Positions 1 to 8,646 of a stretch of DNA of 64,000 nucleotides are shown here, in pieces. A program made the position numbers and the translations under genes. Where the stretch lies: contig DATHWE010000093.1 in assembly GCA_035460905.1 (NCBI GenBank), positions 14,854 to 78,853 on the forward strand, given 5' to 3'. Numbering within the stretch: the stretch's first letter is position 1; every line of letters begins with the position of its first letter. Below the pieces are notes generated by a model that saw only the letters and a list, made by a program, of their open reading frames with translations, made no database searches and had not been told where the DNA came from. Source of the stretch: Methylophilaceae bacterium. GTDB lineage: Bacteria; Pseudomonadota; Gammaproteobacteria; Burkholderiales; Methylophilaceae.

Positions 1-1
1 G

Positions 2-757
2 GAGCAGCGCAGCACTTATATGGAAGTGATCGATGCTTCCTTGCGGGTGAGGCAAAGGGAGCAGCTGTTTTCATGGTTGCAGGGGTATTGCCAGTATCTG
101 ATTCCCCATGAGGTCATGTTGTGCGGGGTTCGCTCGGATAACGAGCAGGATTTCGTATTCGAGTTGTTCGTAAGCACGCGATATGTCACCGATCAGCATA
201 TCCAGGTTGCCACGCAGAAACCGGATGGATTGATCACAAGGGTCATGAGCTCATGGAGAACCGCACGGCGCCCGATACTGGTGGCAGAAGGGATGGCGCC
301 GGGGGACTACGGCAGTCATCTGGTTCCGTTCGAGGAGACTGCGGAAGTGCTGCGAAACAGCGAGTTGCGCAACATCGCCGCGCACGGGCTTGGCACACAA
401 GAAGGCGCCATTTCCACATTCTTCTGTTTCTCGCGTATTCCCTCGAGTCTCGGCCCGCACCAGGCCTATATGCTGGAGTTGCTGGTGCCACATCTGCACG
501 CCATGCTGACGCGCGTCATCGGGTACAACAACTATCCTGTCGATACGGACAAGCCCATCAGCCCGATTACTTCGCGCGAGCGGGAAATCCTGCAATGGGT
601 GCATTGCGGCAAGACCAACTGGGAAATCGCGCACATTCTGGAAATCAGCCCGCTGACGGTCAAGAACCACGTGCAGAACATATTGCGCAAGCTCAACGTG
701 CAGAACCGCAGCCATGCCGCAGCCAAGGCCAGCAAGATCGGACTAGTGAAAAACTGA
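2..757 (+). CDS. epsA: XrtB/PEP-CTERM-associated LuxR-family transcriptional regulator EpsA (probably 5'-truncated by the window edge)
   Basis: C-terminal LuxR HTH (ITSREREILQWVHCGKTNWEIAHILEISPLTVKNHVQNILRKLNVQNR). Frame is open from position 2, so the true start is probably upstream. Sits in an eps/PEP-CTERM locus. Confidence 0.85.
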   Translation, partial: EQRSTYMEVIDASLRVRQREQLFSWLQGYCQYLIPHEVMLCGVRSDNEQDFVFELFVSTRYVTDQHIQVATQKPDGLITRVMSSWRTARRPILVAEGMAPGDYGSHLVPFEETAEVLRNSELRNIAAHGLGTQEGAISTFFCFSRIPSSLGPHQAYMLELLVPHLHAMLTRVIGYNNYPVDTDKPISPITSREREILQWVHCGKTNWEIAHILEISPLTVKNHVQNILRKLNVQNRSHAAAKASKIGLVKN

Positions 758-785
758 GTTCCGGTCGCACAAATTTCTTTCGACG

Positions 786-801
786 TAGTTCATTGGGATC
801 A
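786..801. promoter_or_regulatory. Palindromic box variant (candidate EpsA site) TAGTTC-ATTG-GGATCA
   Basis: 6-4-6 imperfect inverted repeat about 80 bp upstream of a PEP-CTERM gene; similar boxes recur in the window. Confidence 0.5.
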
Positions 802-882
802 TGTTTCGGCGGTCGCGCGTCATGGCTTCATAAAGAAGCGCGACTAGGATGTATGGCAATAATTCATCTTTACCGGAGCTTG

Positions 883-1572
883 ATGATGTTACATACCCGT
901 TCTGCACGATCCATGGTTGCTTCAGTTTTGCTGGGAGCCGCTGTTGGGCTGGCACAGGCGCCGGCATCTGCCGCAACGTCACTTTCCTTTTATGACATCA
1001 CTCATGGAAATGCGGGCGCCGAGGCCGACGGGGAAGCCAACCTTTCGGTCGAGGTGCTCGATCTCGATGGCAATCAGGTGCGTTTCAAGTTCACCAACAA
1101 CTCCAGCTCTTCGCTGACCGATGTTTACTTCGATGACGGTACGCTGCTCGGCATTGCCAGCATTTCGTTCTCGTCGGGGGTGAGCTTTTCGCAGGGCGCC
1201 ACGCCAACCAACCTGTCGGGCGCAAACCTGACCACGCCGGCCTTTCAGGTTACCCAGGGATTCTCCGCCGACTCGAACAATCCTGTCGGCCAGAACGGCG
1301 TGAGCCAGAACGAGTGGCTGGCCATCGATTTTTCGCTGCTCTCGGGAAAAACCTTTAATGACACCCTTGCGGCCCTGATGCTGCCGAATGGTGGAGGCAC
1401 CGGCGACCTGCGTATCGGGGTGCGCGTTCAGAACTTTGCCAGTGGGGGCAGCGGCGAGAGCTTCATCAGCAATGCCATCAGCCCGGTCCCGGAGCCCGGC
1501 AGCTTCGGCATGCTGCTCGGTGGCCTTGGAATGATCAGCATGATGATGTTGCGGGGAAAATATCGTCAGTAA
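883..1572 (+). CDS. PEP-CTERM sorting-domain protein
   Basis: GGAG RBS at 875-878, ATG at 883/886, signal peptide, C-terminal PVPEPGSFGMLLGGLGMISMMMLRGKYRQ. Confidence 0.9.
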   Translation: MMLHTRSARSMVASVLLGAAVGLAQAPASAATSLSFYDITHGNAGAEADGEANLSVEVLDLDGNQVRFKFTNNSSSSLTDVYFDDGTLLGIASISFSSGVSFSQGATPTNLSGANLTTPAFQVTQGFSADSNNPVGQNGVSQNEWLAIDFSLLSGKTFNDTLAALMLPNGGGTGDLRIGVRVQNFASGGSGESFISNAISPVPEPGSFGMLLGGLGMISMMMLRGKYRQ

Positions 1573-1596
1573 GCGGGAAAGAGCGCAATCCCTCTC

Positions 1597-1622
1597 AGCC
1601 GCATGTTCCTTGCGGCTTTTTT
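1597..1622 (+). terminator. Rho-independent terminator
   Basis: AGCCGCA-loop-TGCGGCT followed by a T run. Confidence 0.7.
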
Positions 1623-1633
1623 ATTGGAAAACG

Positions 1634-2515
1634 CTATTCCCGTACCAGTTTGCGGATAGCCGCATAGTCATTGTCACCCGCCGGCATGAATTCCGTGGCT
1701 TTGAGTTTTTGCAAGGTCGGCGCGAGTTCAGGGGAGTTACTGAAATAGACCTTGCGAATCTGTTCCTTGAGCGGCTCGCACAGATTGGCGCGAAAAACCG
1801 TCGGTTCGTTCGGTATCGGTTCGGAACGCCAGAGTATCCTGAAGTCGCCTGGGCTGAATTTGCCCGAGGCGATCGTCTCGTCCAGGCGGGTGCTGGCAAC
1901 GAATGCGGCATCGGCAAAACCGTTGAATACCGACTGCGCCGCATTCTCGTGTGAGCCGGCGTAAAGCACGTGGCTGAAATAGCGTTCGAGCGGCATGCCC
2001 ACATGCCGGGCAAACAGGCTGCGTGGAACGACAGCGCCCGAAGTGCTGGCAGGATCGGTGAGGTTGACGTTCTTGCCGAGCAGGGAAGTCACATCGTTGT
2101 AACCGGACTTGCTCTTCACGATCAGCATCGAACGATAATACTTGCCTTCCGGATTGAATGTCCCGCGGACATGCGCATGCGTCGCAAATGCCTCGATGGC
2201 CGCGGGGTCCCTGTTCTTGGCCAAGGCGTAGGAGGCCGCGCCCAGCTCGGCGATATCGATACTGCCCGCGAGCATCCCTTCGATGACGGAACTGTAAGAG
2301 GTGGGCTGGAACGTTTCGACCCTGCGCCCCAGCTGTTTTTCCAGCTGGTTGAGCAGGGGGCGGTAATGTTCCAGCTGTTCCGCCATGTTTTTCTTGGGGA
2401 TCAGCGAAAAGCGCAGCGGGCGAGGATCCTGGCAGGCCTCGGCCTGGGCGAGAGCCGGCATGCATGCCAGCAGGAGCAGAGGGAGTATTCGTCTCATATG
2501 CGGAATATTTTTCAT
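1634..2515 (-). CDS. PhnD-family phosphate/phosphite/phosphonate substrate-binding protein (orphan)
   Basis: Signal peptide; SYSSVIEGM, YYRSMLIV, DPASTSG and YAGSHE motifs typical of the PhnD family; no ABC permease or ATPase nearby. Confidence 0.85.
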   Translation of the reverse strand: MKNIPHMRRILPLLLLACMPALAQAEACQDPRPLRFSLIPKKNMAEQLEHYRPLLNQLEKQLGRRVETFQPTSYSSVIEGMLAGSIDIAELGAASYALAKNRDPAAIEAFATHAHVRGTFNPEGKYYRSMLIVKSKSGYNDVTSLLGKNVNLTDPASTSGAVVPRSLFARHVGMPLERYFSHVLYAGSHENAAQSVFNGFADAAFVASTRLDETIASGKFSPGDFRILWRSEPIPNEPTVFRANLCEPLKEQIRKVYFSNSPELAPTLQKLKATEFMPAGDNDYAAIRKLVRE

Positions 2516-4875
2516 CGCGGGATCAGGGTTTTCTTTATGAGCAGTTCCTGAATCTGATCGGCCGTGACCGGGCGGCTGAAATAATAGCCCTGCACCTCGT
2601 CGCAGCCGGCGGTCTTGAGATGTACCAGCTGATCCTTGGTTTCGATGCCTTCCGCTACCACGCGCATGCCGAGGTTATGCGCGAGCGCGATGGTGGAGTC
2701 GACGATGACGGCATCGTCATGACTGTTGCGAATGTCCGCAATGAAGGCCCGGTCGATCTTGAGCGTGTCGATCGGCAGCGTCTTGATGTAACCCAGGCTC
2801 GAAAACCCGTTGCCGAAATCATCCAGCGCCACCTTGATGCCCGCACCGGCGATCTGGTTGAGAATATCGCCGGCGACATCGATGCTCTCCATCAGACTGC
2901 TTTCGGTGACTTCGATTTCGATGGCATCCGCCCGAAGCTCATAGCGATGCAGACAATCCCTGATGTGCGCGACCAGCGCATCGTCGCGCAATTGCCGCGC
3001 GGAAACATTGACCGCGACCCGCGTTGGCGGAACGCCGCGTTTTTTCCATTCCGCCAGCTGCCTGCAAGCCGCTTCGATGACCCAATTGCCCAGTTCCACG
3101 ATATGCCCGGTGTTTTCTGCGAGCGGGATGAAATCGCCGGGATAGATCAATCCGTGTTCCGGATGGTGCCAGCGCACCAGGGCTTCGAGGCCGACGATGC
3201 GATAGGTGGAGAGCTCGACCTTGGGCTGGAAATGCAGGACGAACTCGTGCTCCTGGATGGCTCGGCCGAATCGCTGTTCCAGCTCGAACTGCAGCACGTT
3301 GCGAACGTTGAGGCTGGCATCGAAGAAGGTGAACGAGCCGCTCCTGGATTGCTTGGACTGATACATCGCGAGGTCGGCATGATGGATCAGTTGATCCACA
3401 TCCTGGCCGTCGCGCGGGGAAATCGCAATGCCGATGCTGGGGAACACCTGGATGTCATGCCCAGCCAGATCGTGGCAGCGTTCGCTGATGCAATCCACGA
3501 TGCGTTGCGCGATGCCGGAAATGGCTTCCTCGCTTTCGAGCGAGGTCAGAAGCAGAACGAATTCGTCGCCGCCGAAGCGCGAGATGACATCCGATTCGCG
3601 CAGCAGCACGCGTAACCGGGTGGCAACCGTCTGCAGCAGAAGATCGCCGACATGATGGCCCAGCGTGTCGTTGATTGCCTTGAAACGATCCAGGTCAATG
3701 AACAGCAGGGCGCTGTGAAGACGGCTGCGCTTGTTGTGAAAAAGATGACTGGTCGCCAGCTCCATGAACATCCGGCGGTTGGCGAGGCCCGTCAGGTGAT
3801 CCTGCGAGGCGAGCGCCAGCGCCCTTTGTTTCTCTTCCTCAAGCCGCTGGATAAGCGTTCTCTTTTCCTCTTCGGACGCTGCCAGAGAGTTGAACGCTTT
3901 TTGCTGGCGATGCAGTATGAAAGTGATCCACACGGCGCTGCCCAGCACGATCAGCGTCAGGAACGCCACGGTGATCAGGTGTTTTTTCTTGATGGCATTG
4001 TAGTTGTGCAGCACGTCCGCCACTTCCTGGCGGATGACAATGGCAAAAGGGTGGTGCTCGAGCTTTCGGGTCGATACCAGGTGTTTTCCGTCGTTGGCGA
4101 TGAGCGCACCGGTTTTAAGCGCGAGCGCCGCCGACTCGCCGGCGGCATCGTTGCGTTTATTGAGTTCCAGCCCGCCGCGGCGCGCGCGTGCGATTTCGCG
4201 GCCGTTTTCCATGAGGACATGAATCGCCCCCGTCTTGCCGATATCGATGTTCTGGTAGAGACGCAAGACGTAACCCAGATCCAGCAACAGCATCAATACG
4301 CCGACCCGGGTGCCGGAGCGATCGGCGACAGGAAACAGCAGCGGAACATGCCAGGATTCGCCGAACGCACCGGATAGCGGGCCGACGGAAAGTTCGGGCT
4401 TGCTGTCATGCGCGGCAAACATCATGCCGATGGCTGGTTTGATGCTGCCATCCTGGGCGGAAGGCGAGGAGGCATACAAGATTCCGCCTCGGGCGTCGAA
4501 CAAGGCAACCCGGGTGAATACGGCATCGCTCGCCAGCATGCCCGCAATCCGGGTTTCTACCTGCGACCGGTCTTCCTCGAACCACTGCGATGCGGCAATG
4601 CGATAAATCTGGCTGCGGTTCAGTACCTGTTCGAGGTTTTCGGAGATGATGATGTTCAGGGTGCGCTGGGATGCCTGCGCATGATCGATGACGAGTTGTT
4701 CCTCGCGCTCCAGGCGGTTGAGCGTCGAAAACCAGGTAGCCGCGATCAGCAGGCACGCAATCAGAAGCGTGCCGGCCTGCATGCCGATCCAGGTGTCGAA
4801 TGCCTTCGCAACGGCAAGTCGCTTGCTTCCAGTGAATATCATCGGAATGGCGTCAAAATTGAAAGGATGTTTCAT
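2512..4875 (-). CDS. Membrane-bound periplasmic-sensor (Cache-like) GGDEF-EAL protein
   Basis: Two TM helices flank a periplasmic domain; RESD I-site, GGDEF, EALVRW, DDFGNGFSS; 4-nt overlap with the PhnD-like gene. Confidence 0.9.
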   Translation of the reverse strand: MKHPFNFDAIPMIFTGSKRLAVAKAFDTWIGMQAGTLLIACLLIAATWFSTLNRLEREEQLVIDHAQASQRTLNIIISENLEQVLNRSQIYRIAASQWFEEDRSQVETRIAGMLASDAVFTRVALFDARGGILYASSPSAQDGSIKPAIGMMFAAHDSKPELSVGPLSGAFGESWHVPLLFPVADRSGTRVGVLMLLLDLGYVLRLYQNIDIGKTGAIHVLMENGREIARARRGGLELNKRNDAAGESAALALKTGALIANDGKHLVSTRKLEHHPFAIVIRQEVADVLHNYNAIKKKHLITVAFLTLIVLGSAVWITFILHRQQKAFNSLAASEEEKRTLIQRLEEEKQRALALASQDHLTGLANRRMFMELATSHLFHNKRSRLHSALLFIDLDRFKAINDTLGHHVGDLLLQTVATRLRVLLRESDVISRFGGDEFVLLLTSLESEEAISGIAQRIVDCISERCHDLAGHDIQVFPSIGIAISPRDGQDVDQLIHHADLAMYQSKQSRSGSFTFFDASLNVRNVLQFELEQRFGRAIQEHEFVLHFQPKVELSTYRIVGLEALVRWHHPEHGLIYPGDFIPLAENTGHIVELGNWVIEAACRQLAEWKKRGVPPTRVAVNVSARQLRDDALVAHIRDCLHRYELRADAIEIEVTESSLMESIDVAGDILNQIAGAGIKVALDDFGNGFSSLGYIKTLPIDTLKIDRAFIADIRNSHDDAVIVDSTIALAHNLGMRVVAEGIETKDQLVHLKTAGCDEVQGYYFSRPVTADQIQELLIKKTLIPR

Positions 4876-4924
4876 GCGTGTTACAGCATTATTTTTGTAA
4901 ACACTTCTCCCGGAGGCATCCGAT

Positions 4925-4957
4925 AAAAAATGGCAACCGAAGGGTATCGGTTGCCAT
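4925..4957 (-). terminator. Rho-independent terminator (minus strand)
   Basis: ATGGCAACCGA-6nt-TCGGTTGCCAT stem followed by T6 on the minus strand. Confidence 0.75.
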
Positions 4958-5005
4958 GGAGGGAGGAGATAACACGAAGCGTAAGCTATGTGCTGGGGTC
5001 ATTAA
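4925..5005 (-). ncRNA. Candidate small RNA with anti-Shine-Dalgarno tract (5' end uncertain)
   Basis: Minus-strand TCTCCTCCCTCC (4958-4969) directly 5' of the terminator hairpin, in a 210-bp intergenic gap. Confidence 0.4.
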
Positions 5006-5016
5006 GCCTCAGCAAG

Positions 5017-5034
5017 GTTACAGCTTCATGAAAT
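5017..5034 (-). promoter_or_regulatory. Pho-box-like direct repeat ATTTCAT-GAAG-CTGTAAC
   Basis: 7-4-7 direct repeat with 11-bp period; matches the PhoB consensus at 5/7 and 7/7. Confidence 0.35.
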
Positions 5035-5086
5035 TTTCAGCTGATTCCAGGTCTATGGCAGCGATGCGAACCACGCCCTAATTCGA

Positions 5087-5794
5087 TTATTTTGCCTCGA
5101 GCGCCGCGAACAGCTCGTCCGGCGTATTCGCTTTTTTTCCGTTATCCAGATAAATCGTCGGCGTGCCGCCGACGCCGAGCATTTCGCCCAACCGGCGATT
5201 GGTTGCGACCGGGTTCTCGCAAGATTTCTTTTCAGGGAGCTTGCCTTCTTTCATCCAGGCATTCCATGCCGCTGCGCGATCCGTTGCGCACCAGATGGCC
5301 TCGGACTTCGCCCGGGCATCCTTGTGGATCTCCTCCAGCGGATAAAGAAAGATGTAAGCGGTGTAGTTTTCCAGTCCCATCTTGTCCAGATGCTGCTCCA
5401 GCGTTTTGCAATACGGACAGTCCGGATCGGAAAACACCGCGAATTTCCGCGCGCCGTTGCCTTTCGTGATCGCAATGGCGTTTTCGAATGGCAGCTTGTC
5501 GAACTCTATCGTCGAAAGCACATTGACACGCTCCTCGGTCAGATTGCGCTTGCTTGCCACTTCGTACAGATTGCCGGCCAGAATATGCTCGCCCTTGCTG
5601 TCCGAATAGAAAATCCGGCCGCTGGCGTACACCTCATAGATGCCGGGCAGGGGAGAGGGGGCGATGCTTTTGACGTGCATGCCCGGACTGCTGCTCTCCA
5701 GTTTTTCCTTCAGCGCATCCGTTTCACTGCCGGCATACGCGCTCATTGCGATCAGGCCCGAAATGACAGCGAGTCCCAGACGATAGTTATGCAT
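5087..5794 (-). CDS. dsbC: DsbC-family thiol:disulfide isomerase
   Basis: Signal peptide from ATG 5794, N-terminal dimerisation domain (PSPLPGIYEV), FSDPDCPYC active site, GTP cis-Pro loop. Confidence 0.9.
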   Translation of the reverse strand: MHNYRLGLAVISGLIAMSAYAGSETDALKEKLESSSPGMHVKSIAPSPLPGIYEVYASGRIFYSDSKGEHILAGNLYEVASKRNLTEERVNVLSTIEFDKLPFENAIAITKGNGARKFAVFSDPDCPYCKTLEQHLDKMGLENYTAYIFLYPLEEIHKDARAKSEAIWCATDRAAAWNAWMKEGKLPEKKSCENPVATNRRLGEMLGVGGTPTIYLDNGKKANTPDELFAALEAK

Positions 5795-5903
5795 TCTTGT
5801 TTTTCCTTGAGTGATTTCAGACGACCGCCATGATCGCGCGGCTATGTGACGGCATTGTGATCCCCGTTTGCCTGCTCTCGCCATAACCTTTACCGCATCC
5901 CCA

Positions 5904-5919
5904 TAGTCACTTCGGCTCA
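5904..5919. promoter_or_regulatory. Palindromic box variant TAGTCA-CTTC-GGCTCA
   Basis: 110 bp upstream of dsbC and exactly 120 bp from the perfect box at 6024. Confidence 0.5.
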
Positions 5920-6023
5920 TGTCCCGGATAACGGGGCGTCATACGCCCCCGCTAAATTTCGTCCCGCGTTGACGCATGGAAGAAAGCCGGGCGGAGGCGG
6001 CCGGGTGGGCGATGGCAAAACCA

Positions 6024-6039
6024 TAGTCCACTCGGACTA
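6024..6039. promoter_or_regulatory. Perfect palindromic box TAGTCC-ACTC-GGACTA (candidate EpsA site)
   Basis: Perfect 6-4-6 inverted repeat upstream of the major PEP-CTERM gene. Confidence 0.65.
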
Positions 6040-6198
6040 GACCGGCCCTCACGAGGTTTCATATCGGGCATTCATGATGCGCAGCGTCGCCTCACAGGTT
6101 GGTTCGGTAGCGCGTGTGGCCACCTGATGCGCAGTCCTTCGATAGCGATGCTGCGCCTTGCAATGATTTCGTTTCAAAACTTAATTTAGGAGAAACTC

Positions 6199-7008
6199 AT
6201 GAACTTCAAGATGAAAGCACTGGTTGCCGCAGTTGCGCTGACCGCTTCCATGTCTGCTTCCGCAGCTATGACCAACAGCGGCTCGGGCGATTCAAGCCTG
6301 ATCCTGACCCTGCTGGACAACCAAAACAACATCTCCGCCGCGTTCGACCTGGGCATGAGCTACAGCACGTTCCAAGCTCCTGCTGTGACTGCTTCCGGCA
6401 CTACTTTCACCTGGGATCTGGCTAACAACGCCAACTATTCCGCTGCTTGGGATAATTTCCTGACAGTCGCCAGCGGTTTGACCGGCGATCACTGGGCAGT
6501 GTTTGCTGGGGACAACCTCGGTACCGGCGCCGGTGCTAAAGGTATGGTGGTTTCTTATGCTAGCGGTACTTCCTTGTTTACCAGTGAACTGGCTTCGGGC
6601 CTTGGCTTGTTTGACGGCTACATCAATGCCAATAACTCGATTGGTAATCATTCGGCTGTGGCAGATGGTTCCAGCTCTGCAACTGCAGGCAATGCTTTCG
6701 CAGAGTCTGCTGCAGCCTATGGTACGAACGGCAAGATTGCTGGCAAGGGTCAGATTGTTACCTGGGGTCTGTTTGACCAGTCTTTGAATGTTGCTTCCTT
6801 CACCAGCTCTGCGTCGGTTGGTACTCAGGCAGTACGCGTCGATTACGCTAATGCTGCTGGTGCTGCGACCTTCACCATGTCCAGCAACGGTGTTTTGACC
6901 TATGCCGCTCCGACCATTAGTGCCGTACCGGAAGCTGACAGCTGGGCCATGCTTCTGGCTGGCCTGGGCCTGATGGGCTTCATCGCCCGTCGCCGCACCG
7001 CTGCTTAA
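6199..7008 (+). CDS. PEP-CTERM sorting-domain protein, probably highly expressed
   Basis: AGGAGA RBS, signal peptide, VPEADSWAMLLAGLGLMGFIARRRTAA tail, strong GCT/GGT/AAC/TTC codon bias. Confidence 0.95.
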   Translation: MNFKMKALVAAVALTASMSASAAMTNSGSGDSSLILTLLDNQNNISAAFDLGMSYSTFQAPAVTASGTTFTWDLANNANYSAAWDNFLTVASGLTGDHWAVFAGDNLGTGAGAKGMVVSYASGTSLFTSELASGLGLFDGYINANNSIGNHSAVADGSSSATAGNAFAESAAAYGTNGKIAGKGQIVTWGLFDQSLNVASFTSSASVGTQAVRVDYANAAGAATFTMSSNGVLTYAAPTISAVPEADSWAMLLAGLGLMGFIARRRTAA

Positions 7009-7063
7009 TGTCTACCCGGTTCCGTAAGGGGCCGGATTCGATTTTTTACTCAGGAGAATTAAC

Positions 7064-8437
7064 ATGCAATTCAAGCAAATCGCTCTGGCCGTTGCCGCGA
7101 CCCTGGTCGCCGGTCACGCTGCCGCTGCTGCCGTGACCCAAGCCGATGTGGCTGCCGCTCGTTCTGCCAGCACCCTGCAAGAAACCTGGCTGTCCGGCGC
7201 TTCCGCTCCGACTTTCAACGTGTTCCAAGGTTTCGCACTCGGTTGCGACGCTGGTTCCGTGGCCATCTTCACCAACAACGCCACTGCCGGCCGTCCTGGT
7301 TCCATCGGTGACTACAATGCCTATGCTTGCACCCGTGGCGGCGTCGTTTCCGTGGCTTACCACACCGTGGCTGGCGGTTCCTTCAACGCCTACGCTCCGC
7401 ACGTTGACGGCACGCAGCTGCAACGCGTCAAGGCTCTGGATACTGCTTCCTGCAGCGTGACTGGTAGCGTGACCATTGGCTCGACCGTCTACCCGGTCAA
7501 GGCTAACTGCAACCGCCTGAACCCGGTGACTACCTCTGACAACGGCCCGACGCTGCCGGCTGGTGGCTTCTCCGATGTCGAAGCCGCACTGTTCGGTTTC
7601 GATGTTTCCTCCGCTGGTACCGAAGCGCAAGCCAACGTCGGTCAAGTGTTCGGTCTGGCTGTCAGCACCAACCTGTATCGTGCGCTGCAAACGGCACAAG
7701 GCCTGTCCGATGTGAACGCTACCACGTTCGATCCGGCCAATGCCCCGAACCTGTCGTCCGCACAATACACCTCGATCATTGCTCAAGGCGCTGCTTACCA
7801 AACCGATTGGAGCCCTATCCTGGGCGCTGCTGGTACTGGCAAGAAGATCGTACTGGCTCGCCGCGTAGCTACTTCCGGTACGCAAGCAAGCTCCAACGCA
7901 CACTTCCTGAAGAATCCTTGCAATGGTGATCCTGCTGTTCAAGGTCTTCTGGCTCCGGCAGGCGCAGGTGACTCTGTACCGGGTGCGTTCGAAGTTTCCG
8001 AAGCCAGCGGCACCAGCGATGTCAAGGTTGCCCTGACCACCGCCAATACCAACGGTCATTACGCGATCGGCGTGATTTCCCTGGAAAACGACTGGCGCGC
8101 TGAAACCAATGCTGCTCGCAAGGAATATCGCTTCCTCAAGCTGGACGGCGTGCATCCGGAAGCCGGCGACGTGACCTACGCTCGCGCCAAGGCACTGACT
8201 GGTGATTACGCTTTCCACATGGAAATGCGCAACTTCGTTGCTAACTCTGCCGATTCTTTCGGTGCTGCACTGATCCCGGAAATCACCGCATCCCTAGGCA
8301 ACCCGGCTAACTGCGCTGACGTGCCGCGTGGCCTGACACTGAATCCGCTGGGTGGTTCTTCTTGCACCGCCGGCGTGGAAGTGGCCAAGCACACCCGCTT
8401 CGGTAACAACTGCCAAGCTACCCAACTGTTCTTCTAA
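7064..8437 (+). CDS. Secreted PstS/DING-like (PBP2-fold) substrate-binding domain protein, Cys-rich
   Basis: Signal peptide; LSGASA, VAGGS, GGFSDVE and ARRVATSGTQ resemble PstS/DING phosphate-binding motifs; 8 Cys; high-expression codon bias. Confidence 0.65.
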   Translation: MQFKQIALAVAATLVAGHAAAAAVTQADVAAARSASTLQETWLSGASAPTFNVFQGFALGCDAGSVAIFTNNATAGRPGSIGDYNAYACTRGGVVSVAYHTVAGGSFNAYAPHVDGTQLQRVKALDTASCSVTGSVTIGSTVYPVKANCNRLNPVTTSDNGPTLPAGGFSDVEAALFGFDVSSAGTEAQANVGQVFGLAVSTNLYRALQTAQGLSDVNATTFDPANAPNLSSAQYTSIIAQGAAYQTDWSPILGAAGTGKKIVLARRVATSGTQASSNAHFLKNPCNGDPAVQGLLAPAGAGDSVPGAFEVSEASGTSDVKVALTTANTNGHYAIGVISLENDWRAETNAARKEYRFLKLDGVHPEAGDVTYARAKALTGDYAFHMEMRNFVANSADSFGAALIPEITASLGNPANCADVPRGLTLNPLGGSSCTAGVEVAKHTRFGNNCQATQLFF

Positions 8438-8482
8438 TCGTCTTCGGATGATGGGCGGTGCAATACCGCCTGAGTAATGCAG

Positions 8483-8511
8483 CGCCCCTTCGGTAACGAA
8501 GGGGCGTTTTT
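8483..8511 (+). terminator. Rho-independent terminator
   Basis: CGCCCCTTCG-GTAA-CGAAGGGGCG followed by TTTTT. Confidence 0.9.
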
Positions 8512-8533
8512 CATGCTGCGAATCAAAAGGCAA

Positions 8534-8549
8534 TGACTAGACCGGACTA
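8534..8549. promoter_or_regulatory. Palindromic box variant TGACTA-GACC-GGACTA
   Basis: Exact right half-site at the same spacing, about 100 bp upstream of tpsB and just after a terminator. Confidence 0.45.
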
Positions 8550-8646
8550 TGCACGCAGTCATTTTGCTGCAACTCGCTTTACACAGAATGGTGGACTGCT
8601 GAGCTTTAGCTTTTATGGACATTGCAAAGATGGGTTGGAATTAGAC

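Noticed and set aside
253-882. N-terminal extension of the 253-1572 ORF, suggesting an overlap or fusion with epsA
   Set aside because: RBS and signal peptide place the real start at 883/886; the extension is an off-frame read of epsA
2512-4875. LapD assignment for the GGDEF-EAL protein
   Set aside because: Catalytic GGDEF/EAL motifs are intact and no HAMP/LapD output signature is recognisable
6011-6050. GGCAAAACC resembling the start of a c-di-GMP-I riboswitch
   Set aside because: Lacks the GNRA loop and GACGCAAAG/P2 elements; the region is explained by the palindromic box
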